A DNA stretch of 64,000 bases from Pseudogymnoascus verrucosus (Eukaryota). Location: NCBI GenBank assembly GCA_001662655.1, contig KV460208.1; one strand, 5' to 3'. Shown here in pieces: positions 36,689-50,472 of the stretch (position 1 is its first letter; each line of letters starts with the position of its first letter). Both the position numbers and the translations under genes were made by a program. A model generated the notes under the pieces. That model saw nothing but the letters and a program-made list of their open reading frames with translations, searched no databases and was not told where the DNA came from.

Positions 36689-39600
36689 ATGAGCCATTCC
36701 AACGAACCTATTGCCATCATTGGCAGCGGCTGTCGTTTTCCGGGAGACTCTTCCTCGCCTTCTAAGCTTTGGGACCTCCTAAAAGATCCACGAGATGTAT
36801 CCAGAAAAATCGACAGGTTCGAAGCCGAGGCTTTCTACCATGAAAATGGTCATCATCATGGAACGAGCAATGTTCTTCACTCGTATCTCCTGAACGAGGA
36901 TACTCGCGCTTTTGATGCACAGTTCTTTAGCATTCCTGGGGGAGAAGCCAGTACCATTGATCCGCAGCAGCGCTTCTTGATGGAGGTTATCTACGAAGGA
37001 CTCGAATCTGCTGGCCAGAAGATTGAGGATCTCTCTGGTTCCTCGACTGGTGTCTACGTTGGTGTCATGTGCAACGACTTCGCACAGGTCACGTATGCGG
37101 ATATTCAGAATGTCCCCAAGTACGCCGCCACCGGAACGGCCCTAAGCATTCTCTCAAACAGAGTTTCCTACTTCTTCAACTGGACCGGCCCCTCCATGAC
37201 TATCGATACTGCTTGCTCCTCCAGTCTTATTGCTGTTCACCAGGCAGTTCAGCTTCTCCGCAGCGGCCAATCCCGAGTTGCCGTCGCTGCTGGAACCAAC
37301 CTTATCTTCACGCCTAGTGAGTAAACGAGCTTTCTGTCAATGCAATGGGAAAAGAGCTAACAACGTTATTCAGCCAATTACATCGCTGAGAGTAACGTAA
37401 ATATGTTGTCCCCAACGGGTCGCAGCCGCATGTGGGACAGCAATGCAGACGGTTACGCACGTGGCGAAGGCGTAGGCTGTGTAATCCTGAAGCTGTTGAA
37501 GGATGCCATCGCTGATGGCGATGTCATTGAGTCCGTCATCCGTGAGACGGGAACTAACCAGGATGGACGAACTACAGGTAAGGTTTGAGATATCATGAAA
37601 CCTTAACGCAACTTCTAACTTGAAAAGGAATCACCATGCCCAGCAGCAAATCTCAGGCGGCCCTCATCCGCGAGACATACAATAGAGCTGGTCTGGACCC
37701 GCTAAGTGAGACTGATCGTTGCCAATACTTCGAAGCCCACGGCACCGGAACCAAAGCTGGTGATCCACAAGAAGCAAGTGCAATCCATCAAGCTTTCTAC
37801 CCGGCTGGTGGTCCAAGCAAAGAGGATGATATTCTCTATGTCGGATCTATTAAGACTGTCATCGGACACACAGAAGGCACAGCTGGAATTGCTGGTCTTC
37901 TGAAAGCGTCCCTCTCCGTCCAACATGGCATCATTCCAGCAAACATGCTTTTCACAGACCTAAATCCTGATGTTGAACCATACTATGGATTTCTCCAAAT
38001 ACCGACGTCGGCAAGGCCATGGCCTGCCCTACCCCCCGGCGTGCCTCGAAGGGCCAGTGTAAACAGTCAGTTATTCCCTCCCATAAAGATTTTAATGACG
38101 CCATGTAATTTGATGCTAACATGTCCAAATGTATTTAGGCTTCGGATTTGGTGGTGCCAATGCTCACGCTATTGTTGAGAACTACGTTCCTGCCGAGGAG
38201 CAATCTATCGCACGCAACTCTTCGGCCTCAGTACCCTTTGTTTTCTCGGCAAACTCCGAGAAAGCCTTGACTTCTCAAATCAAGGCGATTCGCAGCTTTG
38301 TAAACCGAGTAGACGACAGCGTCAATGCTCGAGATGTAGCTTGGACGTTGTCTCGCAAGTCGTGCTTCTCTCACCGAGCGTCGTTCGCGGCAGCCACCCT
38401 GCCTGCCCTAGCCGAGAAGTTATCCAAGGCTTTAGAGTCCAAGGAAGCCGACGACAAGGACGTGGGATTACGATTCAACCCCAAGAAGCAAAAGATTCTT
38501 GGTATTTTTACCGGTCAGGGAGCTCAGTGGCCTACTATGGGATATGCACTGATCCAGAGTTCGCCGGCTGCGTTAGCAACCATCCAGGCCTTGGAAGAAT
38601 CCCTACAAAGTCTTCCAAAGAAAGACAGACCATCATGGTCAATTCAGGAGGAGCTTTCTAAGGCACCAGAGGTTTCCAGTGTCATGCAAGCTGAATTTTC
38701 TCAGCCTCTCTGCACCGCTGTCCAAATCGTATTGGTCGACTTGCTTCGGGCTAGCGGCATCGAATTCAGCGCTGTCGTGGGACATTCCAGTGGTGAGATC
38801 GGCGCGGCATATGCAAGCGGCTTCCTAACAGCGTCCGATGCTATCAGGGTTGCGTATTATCGCGGTGTCCTAGGGTCTCTAGCTAATGCCGATGGTGCTA
38901 TGCTTGCCGCCGGTACTTCCATGGAAGATGCTACAGAGCTCTGCCGTCTCCCAGTCTTCCGTGACCGCATAACTGTGGCTGCGAGCAACTCTCCTGCCAG
39001 TGTGACGCTTTCCGGTGACAGGAAGGCCATCGAGAGAGCCCAGTTAATTCTGGAGGACGAGAGCAAGTTCGCCAGAATGCTGAAAGTAGACAAAGCCTAC
39101 CACTCTCATCACATGGCGCCTTGTGCTGAGCCCTACATGCAAGCAATGTCCCAGGCCAAGGTGCAAATCCAGGAACCATCTTTCACCTGTCGGTGGTTCT
39201 CATCAGTTCTTGGAGGCCCAGAGGTCACTACTGAGATGGCTGACCAGCTATCTGGTGCTTACTGGCGAGATAATCTCATTAATCCTGTTCTCTTCTCCCA
39301 GGCTCTTGAAGCTGCCCTGGAGGCTATTGGTGAGCCAGCGGTGGTGGTGGAAGTTGGTCCTCATCCCGCCTTAAAGGGCCCAGCTAGCCTGGTCATCGGA
39401 GACAAGTTCAAATCGGATGTGTCGTACACTGGTGTTCTTGCAAGAAACATCAACGATGTTGAAGCCTTGTCCGAGGGCATTGGTGCCATCTGGAAGAACA
39501 TTGATTCGTCTATACTGAGCTTTGCCAACCTAGATGCCCTCTTCTCTGATGTCCAGGACAAGCCCATGTTTCTCAAACAAGTGCCCAACTACGCCTGGGA

Positions 39601-42600
39601 CCATGATCGTACTTATTGGAATGAGTCTCGAGCGACCAAGTCGATGTACCAGCGTACTGAGCGTCACCACGAACTGCTTGGTGTTAGGCTTGACGGCGGT
39701 GAACATGACTTCCGCTGGAGGAACTTCATCAAGCCTTCCGAAATGCCTTGGCTACGCGGACATCAAGTCCAGGGCCAGATGGTGTTCCCGGGAGCTGGGT
39801 TTGCCAGTATGGCCTTCGAAGCTTGTAAAGCCCTGGCGCCACTTGAGCAGATATCTATGATTGAGCTCATTGATCTTCGCGTTAGTCGCGCCATGGCCCT
39901 TACTGACGAGAGCCCTGGCGTTGAGTCTCTGGTGACTCTGTCCAATGTTCAAAGAGATGGGAAGAACGGCGTCATTTTCTGTGACTATGAGTGCTCCATT
40001 TGCCCAACCCCTGACAGTGTACCTGTCCGTGCTTCAACTGGTAGCATCCGTCTCGAACTCGGAACCGTTTCTTTGGAATCTCTTCCCTCGCGGAATGCTT
40101 TGGGCTTGGACATGAACAATGTCGACATGGATCACTTCTATAACTCGCTGGCAGCCCTGGGCTACAATTACAGCGACATGTTCACGGGCATCAGTTCTCT
40201 GAAGCGAACCACCGACACGGCTTCCGGGATTATCCATATTGACGGGGCGGAGGGTTATGATCCTGCCTTCATTTTCCACCCCGCGCCTCTAGATGTCGCT
40301 TTTCAATCTATCTTCGGAGCACTAGGTGCACCCGGCGATGGTCGTCTCTGGACTGTTCTGGTACCAACCTTGATATCTAGAATCAGAGTCAACCCACATG
40401 CTTGCCGAAACGCAGGATTAGGCATGGACATGCCTTTCGATTCCGTTATTTCGGTTACTCCATCCAATGGAGTTTCTGGTGACGTCGATATCTGCGATCA
40501 GGATGGTAATACTCTGGTGCAGGTTGAACGTCTACACGTTTCGCCCCTTACCGCTACCACCGAGCAAGATGATAGGCACATGTTCTCTTCTACGGAATGG
40601 ACTCCCTTTTACCCGGATGCCACCAAGGACTTCTCTAAGTGGGTTCTAAGTGAGGAGGAACACGGCCACATGGTATTTATTGAGCGGGCATGCTTTCTTT
40701 ACATGAAGCGAGTCCATGATGTCCTTACTCAGGAAGAACGTGAGAACTGCGACTGGCATCGCAAGAAGTACCTTGCCTGGGTGGCTGAAATTGTGGGAGA
40801 AGTTGCCGAGGGCAGGCATCCAACTGTCAGCAAGGAGTGCATGAATGACACCTGGGAAGAGATGAAAGACGAGCTTGAGGACTTTTGCTCATTATATCCC
40901 GACTTCCGCCTGCTAATTGTTGTCGGTGATAATCTCGTTGGCTGGATGCGTGGCGAGGTAGACTTCCTTGAGATGTACCGTGAAACAGGCATGCTTGAGC
41001 ACATCTACAAGAACACCTACGGTTTCCCCGAGTATAATGCTTACCTAGGTAAGCTGGTTCGCCAACTGTCCCAAAGGTTCCGTCAAATGGACATCCTTGA
41101 GATCGGAGCTGGTACTGGATCGGCGACCGAGGCAATTATGAGCCGCATTGGCGATAGCTATGCTTCGTACTCCTATACTGACATCTCGGCGGGCTTCTTC
41201 CTCGAAGCTAAGGATATTTTTAACAAGCAGGGAGACAAGTTTGCCTACACCACTTTTGACGTGGAGAAGGATCCCATTGCCCAAGGTTACGCCGAGCACA
41301 GCTATGACCTGGTTGTGGCATCCAACGTCCTACACGCGACCAAGTCTTTAGAGACCACGTTGACCAATGCCAGGAAGCTTCTCAAGCCCGGCGGGTACCT
41401 TGTCATTCTTGAGATCACTGACACGGATCCTCTACGACCTACTTTCTTCTTTGGCACGCTTTCCGGTTGGTGGGTTGGCGAGACGGATGGACGTCCTCAT
41501 CATCCTCTCCTCACACAGGCGAAATGGGACGCTGTCCTCCGAAAGTCTGGCTTCTCTGGACTTGACACGGCAACTCCTCCTTCGGGCGAGTTCATGGTGC
41601 CTCAAAGCATCATGCTCAGCCAAGCTGTGGACACACAAATGAATCTCATTCGTCAGCCGTTCTCCCCCAAGAGCAACGTGCAGCTGGATGACTTACTTGT
41701 CCTTGGTGGCCAGTCCATGTCTAGCTTCCAACTTCAGGAGGATATCATAGCCTTGCTGCAGCCTATTGCAAAGAATATCACTTTTGTAGAAAACCTCGAT
41801 CTTTTGGAAGAATCCCACTTCACTTCGAAGCAGATCACTCTCAGTCTTCTGGAACTTGACGAGCCTGTCTTCAACCCCTTCACGCCTGCCAAATGGGCCG
41901 GTTTACAGCTGTTTAGCGAAAAGGCCCAGAATGTCCTTTGGATCACTCAGGGAGGTAGTGGCGAACATCCATACGCAAACATGATGATCGGCGTTGCACG
42001 TTGCTTGACATGCGAGAAGCCCGATCTACGATTCCAAACCATTGATTTCGACGCTATAGACAGTCTTAATCCCCAAATGATTGCCGAGGCAGTGTTGCGC
42101 CTACATATTTCCGATACTTGGGGCTCATTTGTCGAGGCATATGATACAGCCTGGCTTCTGGAACGTGAAATCCGTGTCATTGGTGGAGAGATGACAGTCC
42201 CCCGTTATATTCCAAACAAGGTTTTGGATGGTCGATATAATTCATCGCGCCGAACAGTCCAGAAGGATACTAACCTGAACGGCTCTGTTATTGCTATCTC
42301 CGCCGGAGAGGCGTCCTATGAGCTCCAGCAGGTTGTGACACCAGAATGGGAAGCTTTTACTAACTCGGGTCTTGCAGAAATAAAGGTAGAGCGATCCTCA
42401 CTAGCGACAGTCAGCTTGGGATCCTTTGGATCGCTTTTCTTGACAATCGGAAAGCTGAGCGGTTCGGGAGAGAAGGTTCTTGCGTTCTCAGACTTAAATG
42501 CATCAGTCGTCAGTGTTCCCAAAGCCTGGGCTATTGCCTATAACGGAACCGGCGAAGAAGACTTGGGTGTTCTAAAGGCGGCCTTTGACGTCTCCTTGGC

Positions 42601-45600
42601 TCAAACTCTCATTACTGCGATAACGCCGTCAAGCGCACTTCTTGTCTATGAGCCTACGGCTGAGCTTGCAGAAGCACTCAAAGAGATCGCCGCGGATCAA
42701 GGCAAAAACGTCACTTGCACCACCTCGAGGACAGAAATTGCAAACAAGGATATCCTATACATCCATCCGTCAACCCATGCAAGAGCCCTTGCTTCAATAT
42801 TCCCCAAAAGGTTGACTGCATTTGTGGACCTCTCTGGCCGAGGACATACAGGAAGCCTTGCTCCCCGTATTGAGAAACAACTACCTATCCAGTGTCGGCG
42901 ATTGGACGTTGCCGATTTGATCGGCAGACAAGCTTTCACACGGCCTTCTGGTAACGAAGATACTGTGGTCAATGTCCTAAAGCGTACTTTATCATACGCT
43001 ATTGCCCATCCTAGCAGCTCTGCTGAAGAGTTTCCAGTAGGTGATATGACCGGGCAGACACTCGCGAACTTCGATGCCCGCGTGAAGGTGCTGAACTGGA
43101 CTACCAGCGAGACACTTCCCGTCAATCTGTCTCCCCCTGAGGACGTCATCCAGTTCCGTTCCGACAAGACCTACTGGCTGGTTGGCCTTGCTGGACAGCT
43201 GGGTCTTTCCATTTGTCAATGGATGGTCAAGCGTGGAGCTCGTCATGTTGCTTTGTCTTCTAGAACCCCCAAGATCAGCGAGAAGTGGCTCAAGTTTGTT
43301 CAGGCTGACGGCGCAGAGGTGCGCGCAGTGCCTTGGTATGTAAAATTTTCACCCCTTTCCACATAATTTTAGTTTGTAACTAACGAACTGGTCACTCTTA
43401 TCAGCGATGTCACTGATCGTCGATCGGTCATGCGGGCTCACAAGGCCATTTGTGACACAATGCCACCCATCGCAGGTGTTGCCAATGGTGCTATGATTTT
43501 AAACGATGGAATCATTGCACAGCAGCCTCATGATATGTTCAACCAGACTCTCAAGCCCAAGGTTGACGGCACGCGCTTCTTGAACGACATCTTCAGCAAG
43601 CCTACGCTTGACTTCTTCGTGGTCTTTTCTTCCCTTGCCTACGTGACCGGAAACATTGGTCAGTCCAGCTATGCTGCTGCCAATGCATTCATGGCCAGCG
43701 TCGTCGAGGGTCGCCGTAAACGCGGCCTTGCTGGAAGTGTCATGAACCTTGCCGGGATCTTTGGTATTGGGTACATCACCCGCACAGATCGTGGCATCAT
43801 TGAGCGTCTCGGAAAGATGGGGTACTCCAACGTGTCTGAGTGGGATTTCCTACAGTTCTTTGCGGAGTCCGTCAACGCCGGCCACCCTAATGTAGGATCT
43901 GGTCATGATCACGAAATCTCATCGAGTCTCAGACCGTATGACCCTAGCCGAGATGAAAATCCTCCGGCCTGGCTTAATATCCCCCGCTTCTGCTACTATA
44001 AGCGTTCTACGGCTCTCTCTTCCGCCCAGGAGGATGGCAAGAATGAATCTGTGCGCTCTCAGCTCAAGGAGCAGAAGACCAAAGATGACGTTTACAAGGT
44101 GCTACTTGCTGGTCTCACAGCCGTCTTGTACAAGAATCTCGGTCTGCGACCAGAAGACAACAATATTGCCCCTCATACTCGACTTATTGAGCTCGGGATC
44201 GATTCTCTTGTTGCTGTGGACATGAGATTCTGGTTTACCAAGGAACTGGATCTTGACATGCCCGTGCTAAAGCTGCTGGGAGGCGCATCAGTAGAGGAGA
44301 TGGTCCAGGACACGATGGAGCGACTGTCACCAGAACTTACCCCTAACTGGGTTAAAGAGCCGGCAGAAGCGGAGGCCTCTACGGGTGAAGAAGAGGTGCC
44401 GACTATTGTCATCCCAGACGACGACAGTACGTCCAACGGCTCCCCGTTGAGTGTCAGCGAGAATGAGACCCCCGATAGTGAGGCCACCACGCCGCCAGCT
44501 AGTCGCAGTCTCTCGGAAGCCGGTTATCCCAAAGAGGGACTATCGACACCGCCACTGGATCTAGAGCTAGAGCTTGCGTTCGAACGGAAGGTGAAGATGT
44601 CGTACCCTTCTTTGCAGTTCTGGTTTCTGATCCAACATCTAGGACAAGACGCCCCCCACGCTTTCAACGTCAGCTTCCGAGTCGCTCTGAAGGGCAGAAT
44701 GGACATCAGCCGCATGGAGGAGGCAGTCAAGTCGCTTGGAGAGAGACACGACGCACTTCGCACTGCTTTCTTTGACGACTCCGAGAATGATTACGAGCCT
44801 ACCCAAGGCGTCTTGTCACTCGACAACTCCCCATTACGCCTAGAGGTTCAGAAGATTGCTAGTTTACAGGAGGCCATTGACTTCAATGAGAAACTTGACC
44901 ACTATGTGTTCGATATCCAGCGTGGTCGTACCATCCGCATGGCAATGCTTTCGGAAAGTGATACTGCCCATTACCTTATCCTTGGATTCCATCACATTGC
45001 CATGGATGGTTTCAGCTTCGACGTCTTTTTGCGCGAGCTTGGTGCGCTATATGAAGGCAAGGCGCTGCCTCCCGTGACAATCCAGTGGAACGATTTGATG
45101 GAAGAACAGCGACTTGGCGTCGGGAATGGATTATTCAAAGCGGAAACAGACTACTGGCGGTCTACTCTCGCCACGATTCCTGACCCTATCCCGATGCTCC
45201 CAATGGCCAGATCTCAAACCCGAGTGTCTGTCACAAAATTTGCCTTCGAGGAGTGCCCTATAACAGTCTTAGATGAGAAGACTGTCAGGGGTATTCGCGA
45301 GCGCTGCCGTGAGATGAAGGTGACGCGCTATCACTTTTTCCTGTCTATTCTGCGCATCATGCTATTTGAACTTACAGACGTTGAGGAACTATGCATTGGA
45401 ACTGTCGACGCCAATCGAGGTGACAGTCGCGCGTCGAGTACCATTGGCCTTATGGTTAACGTCTTGCCCATGAAGTTCCAGCGCAGCACCAATAAGAGCT
45501 TCACTCAATTAACACAGGAGGGCCGTGACCAGGCCTATGCCGCTCTTGCGAACTCCAGGCTCCCTTTCAAGGCCATGCTGGATCAGCTTGCAGTTCCTCG

Positions 45601-48600
45601 CTCGACTCAATGCTCGCCAATCTTCCAGGTAGTCTTGGACTATCTGCCGCACAAAATCGAGACCCCCGAAGGCCTGGGAGCCCCTGGAGATGAAGTTAAG
45701 GCTACTCTGAACTACAGTTTGGCCGACATGGTTATTGATGTCAACGATATTTCGTCGACCGAGATCCGCCTTCGCTGGCGCGGACAGACTTCTTTGTACT
45801 CCGAGCGAGCAGTTAAATTGATGCTGGATATGTTTACTGAGCTAGTCAAGAAATATGCTGTTGCCGATCCGAAGCTGCTAGTCGATGGCAGTAAGCTCAC
45901 GTTATATAATTCAGCCCAGGTTCAAGCTGCCACAGGGATTGCTCTAGGTAAGTCAGCTTCTCGATACTAACTTTATACTCGAGGGGTGGTGGGGAGGAGG
46001 ACAATTTTGCTAACAGCTTATTACAGGCTCCTCTATGGTATCTCAGTGGGGACCAACTGTCTCTCACGTCATTGATGAGAACAGCGTCACCCATCCCGAT
46101 ACTCCTGCTCTGAAGGATGGTCTCGGAAACTCTCTCACATATTCTCAAGCATCCAAGCGTGTCAATCAGATTGCTAACGCGCTTCTGGAGTCTGGCATCG
46201 AGCACCGTCGCGTGGCCGGGTACCAAGAGCCCACCGCGGATTGGGTCTGCTCACTTCTTGCAGTGTGGAAGATTGGTGCTGCTTACGTGCCACTGGACTC
46301 GAGACAGCCTACCGCAAGAATCGCCGTCATGCTAGCCGGTTGCAATCCATCGGCCGTCGTTTGCCACCAGGAAACAGTTGACAATTTGACTGGTATTAAC
46401 GGCGACGCCATTGTTATCAATATTTCTGATCTTCCTTCTATGTCAACCACTGTGGAATCTCTAGCCACCAAGGCAAAGCCAGAGCAACCAGCGCTTCTCA
46501 TCTTTACATCTGGATCCACCGGAACTCCAAAGGCCGTCGAAGTCCGTCACTCCAGCTTGAAGAACATTATCGAGGGTGTCACAGCCACGTATGGGTTTGA
46601 CCAAGCGAGACAGACAGTCCTCCAGCACAGCGCGCATAGCTTTGACATTTGCTTCGGACAGATCCTTCTAGGTCTCTGCAACCGTGGAAGCGTCTTTGTT
46701 GCGCCCAAGGATAAGCGTGCGGATCCTTTGGAGCTGTGTAAAATCGTTCGAGATGAGAAGATCACCATCGTCATGTCCACTCCTGGTGAGTACAGCCAGT
46801 GGCTTCGTTTTGGCAGGTCCGAGCTCCAGGCCGCGGATTCTTGGAAATTCGGATTCTCTGGTGGTGAAGCAATGCACGGCTCTCTCAAGGCTGCCTTCAA
46901 TGACCTTGGTATGGATGTGACTTTGATCAACGCCTACGGCCCAGCTGAGACGATCATTCTAAGTACAACAAAGGTTGTAGACTACAAGAATGAAACTAGC
47001 GACTACTCAGAAGCTGTTTCCATCGGCAAGCCCATTCCCAACTCTGGAGTTTTCATCGTTGACAGGAACATGAAACCGGTTCCCAGCGGGGTCACCGGCG
47101 AGATTGTCATTACAGGTGCAGGCGTAGCTAATGGCTACTACGGCCAGAGCGAGCTCACCAAAGCCACTTTCATTCGTGATACTCTCACCCCAAGTGGATA
47201 CTCTGCTAACTACGGCGGTGGTGTTATGGCGAAGATGTATCGCACCGGCGACAGCGGTCGCTATGATGAAAATGGCGAGCTGCACTTTGAAGGACGAATC
47301 GCCGGTGACTCCCAGGTCAAGCTAAACGGGATCCGTATTGAGATAAAGGAAATCGAGTCTGTCATTGTCAAGACCTCCGCCGGTGTGCTCCACGACACTA
47401 TCGTCTCGGTGCGTCGAAACCCGGACTTTCTTGTCGCCCATGTCGAGTTCGCCCAACCACTGGAGCAAGCCGAGCAGAAGAGCTTTCTGTCGTCTCTTCT
47501 TGCGCGCCTCCCACTTCCCAAGTACATGAGTCCCGCTTTGCTTGTGCCGATTGATGCAATTCCTCTCACACCGCATGGCAAAGCCGATAGAAAGGCTGTG
47601 CAAGCACTCCCATTGCCAACCCGCGACGATGACGGCAATGAGCAGAGTCTCACTGAGACGGAGCGCGCTTTGAAGAACCTCTGGATAGAGGCTCTTCCCG
47701 AGGAGTGCACTCTTGCCGTTGCTATCAAGCCTGAAACCGAATTTTTTAACCTTGGTGGCGGCTCCTATCTTCTAGTCCTAATTCAGGGACTAATCCGCAA
47801 ACGCTTCCATGTCCTGATACCTGTTATGAAACTCTTTGACGCCAGCAGTCTACGGGACATGGCTTCAAAAATTGATGCTGCGGCTGCTATCGCAGCCGTT
47901 GATTGGGAAGCAGAGATAGCTCTGGAAGAGGGTCTCAAAGCCGGAACTAATACACCGAACAGAAAGCCTTCATCAGGCGAGGGTCTTATCGTGGTACTCA
48001 CGGGTGCCACCGGATACCTGGGCAAACGATTGCTGCGGGAGCTGATCGAGAATAAGGCAGTATCTAGGGTCCACTGTGTTGCTTTTCGCGGCACTGACAA
48101 GGACTCAGTCTTGGAGCCAGTCCCAGAAGACTTCAGGTCTCGCGTGGAAGTTCACTCGGGCGACCTAGCCTCACCTTTACTCGGCCTGGAGGCCGAAACG
48201 TTCAACGCTTTGGCCCTGGAAGCCGACGTTATTATTCATAGCGGTGCTAACCGATCGTTCTGGGACTACTATCAGTCGCTTCGTGGACCGAACGTCGTCT
48301 CGACGAAGACGCTGGTCAAAATGGCCGCTATTGGTTCTACCCCCGTCCACTTTATCTCCAGTGGCGGATTGATCCAGCCCGGTTTAGACGCAGAAAGTTC
48401 CCCGGCATCGATTACAGATATCGGAGCACCTCCCATCGACGGATCCAATGGTTATATTGCTTCCAAATGGGCGTCTGAGGCGTACCTAGAGCGCGCTGGC
48501 CGCGAACTTGGTTTGCCGGTTTATATTCACCGAGTTACCCGTGCACCTGCTCAGGATGATACCAGTCCGACTGCTCTGCCGGAGGGCCTTATTTCTGACT

Positions 48601-48974
48601 TCCTCGACCTCACCTTCAAGCTTAAAGCTGTCCCGCAGCCTCAGGGCTGGCGCGGCTCTTTCGACCTGCTGCGAACATCGGAGTTGTCGCATCAGCTAGT
48701 GGACAGCTTTATCCAGTCGTCGGCCGACCCGACCAACGATAGTGAGAGGGTTCAATATGTTCACTATCCTTCGACCGTCCGCTTACAAATGGAGAATGTG
48801 GTGGAAGGGTTACAAGCTGCCAAGCAGGTGGCCAATGGTGATGATGTGGAAGGTTTCGAGACCCTCCCCCCACATGTTTGGGTCGGCAAGGCAAAGAAGG
48901 TCGGCCTAGATTGGCATTTCGCTGGCCAGGACTTTTCGGCATTTGGGGCCGAGGGTGTTTCATTGAGAAGATAG
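36689..48974 (+). CDS. hybrid iterative PKS-NRPS, KS-AT-DH-CMeT-(inactive ER)-KR-ACP-C-A-T-R, roughly 3,980 aa
   Basis: Six exons. [130 protein letters not shown]...YIASK. Confidence 0.97.
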
Positions 48975-49406
48975 ATTGATGATTTAGTTTGTGTTGATAT
49001 AGATTGTGGTGGCGTTATAGTGTTATTATTTCGTCGTCTGTTTATTTTTTTGTCTTGAGCTGAATAAACAGTTTAATCTTAGTTTAAATACCCGATATAT
49101 TTTCTTCCTTTCGAGCACTTACTTTTCATAACTATTTTTTTTTAACTTATAGTACATTATTTATCTCATCATTTAGCTTTAGGATTAATTAAGTCATTGG
49201 TTTTATCAGTATATTGTAAGACAGCAAACGGAGCGCTGTTTTTTTCTCACGCGCGCGCGCTTCACCCTACATCTTTCACGTGTATGGTGTACGTCATCTT
49301 GCGTCCCTGTCAGTTTTCCATTCTTCTAACAAAACATGATTTGCACAGAGTTTCTAAGATTAGCGCTGTGCGCAATTGAGTTGAGAAGCACCAGAACGTT
49401 ACGAAT

Positions 49407-50472
49407 ATGGCCACTACTGCACAGAGCCCGGACTGCCTAGTATCTGCTTTAAATGATAGCCCTGATACCAGTTCCGAGGATATCGAAGAAGGGAGAGATG
49501 TATACCGGCCAGGCGGATTCCATCCCGTCTACATCGGCGATGTATATCATGACAAGTACAAAGTGCTGAACAAGATTGGATACGGCGTGTATTCCACTGT
49601 CTGGCTCGCCCGAGACCTTCAGGCGTCGTTAGTTTACCAGCGTGTCTATTTCGTTAAACACTCTCCCCATAACTTAACATACGCCATCCAGGACCGACGG
49701 CGATGCCCGTGAATTTGTTGCCCTCAAATTCCTCACCGCTGAAGCCTATGGCACAGAAAAGGACATCTTCGAGAGGGACATCCTGAAGCACTTGAAAGCC
49801 CAAGATGAGGAACAGCTAGGGTATGCACAAATCTGTCATCTCATTGACGACTTTGAGCATAAGGGCCCGAACGGGACGCACGTGTGCCTTGTGTTCGAAC
49901 TTATGGGCGAGACTCTCCGAAGCTTTGGCGCCTGGTTCCCAGATAGCATGATCCCGAACGAGGTGATGCGGCGCATCACTATCCAACTACTGTTAGCGAT
50001 TCACTTTGCACACAATAATAATGTCATTCACACTGGTATGAGTTATTATTTCCCTATTTCTACTTTTGTCCAGATGCCGAAGTCTCGTCTTCATCTCTAA
50101 TCTTGATCTTAGATATCCAACCGAGCGATATCTTCGTCAAGATCAGGGACTACACACTCATTGAATCCGGGTATCTCGTTGAGGCGCCCATTCCGCAGCA
50201 AGACAAGGCTGAGAAACGATACACCGTCATCCGTTCTCGCCCCCTTCGTCAGCATTACTTTAACAACGACGACAGATTCGACCACTTCGATATTGTCCTC
50301 GGTGACTGGGGCGTCGCAAGCTGGGCCGATAATCACCTCACAGAGGTCATCCAACCCCTCGCTCTCCGTGCCCCTGAAGTTCTGATCGTTGATGAAGATC
50401 AATCCCTTGGAACGGCCATCACCCGAAGATCTTCTTCGAGGTCGCTGGCTATATGCACTTCCTAGCCTCTAA
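49407..50472 (+). pseudogene. SRPK-like Ser/Thr kinase relic with internal deletion and frameshift
   Basis: YRPGGFHPVYIGD, KIGYGVYSTVWLA, VALK, HVCLVFELMG, HTDIQPSD, GDWG and LRAPEVLI are present. Directly after APEVLI, a different frame gives the kinase C-terminus LMKINPLERPSPEDLLRGRWL; subdomains IX-X are absent. Confidence 0.8.

Noticed and set aside
28371..48974. Cytochalasan, equisetin or tenellin-type cluster
   Set aside because: No CcsF/Fsa2-like Diels-Alderase, alpha/beta-hydrolase, BVMO or TenA-type ring-expansion P450 visible.
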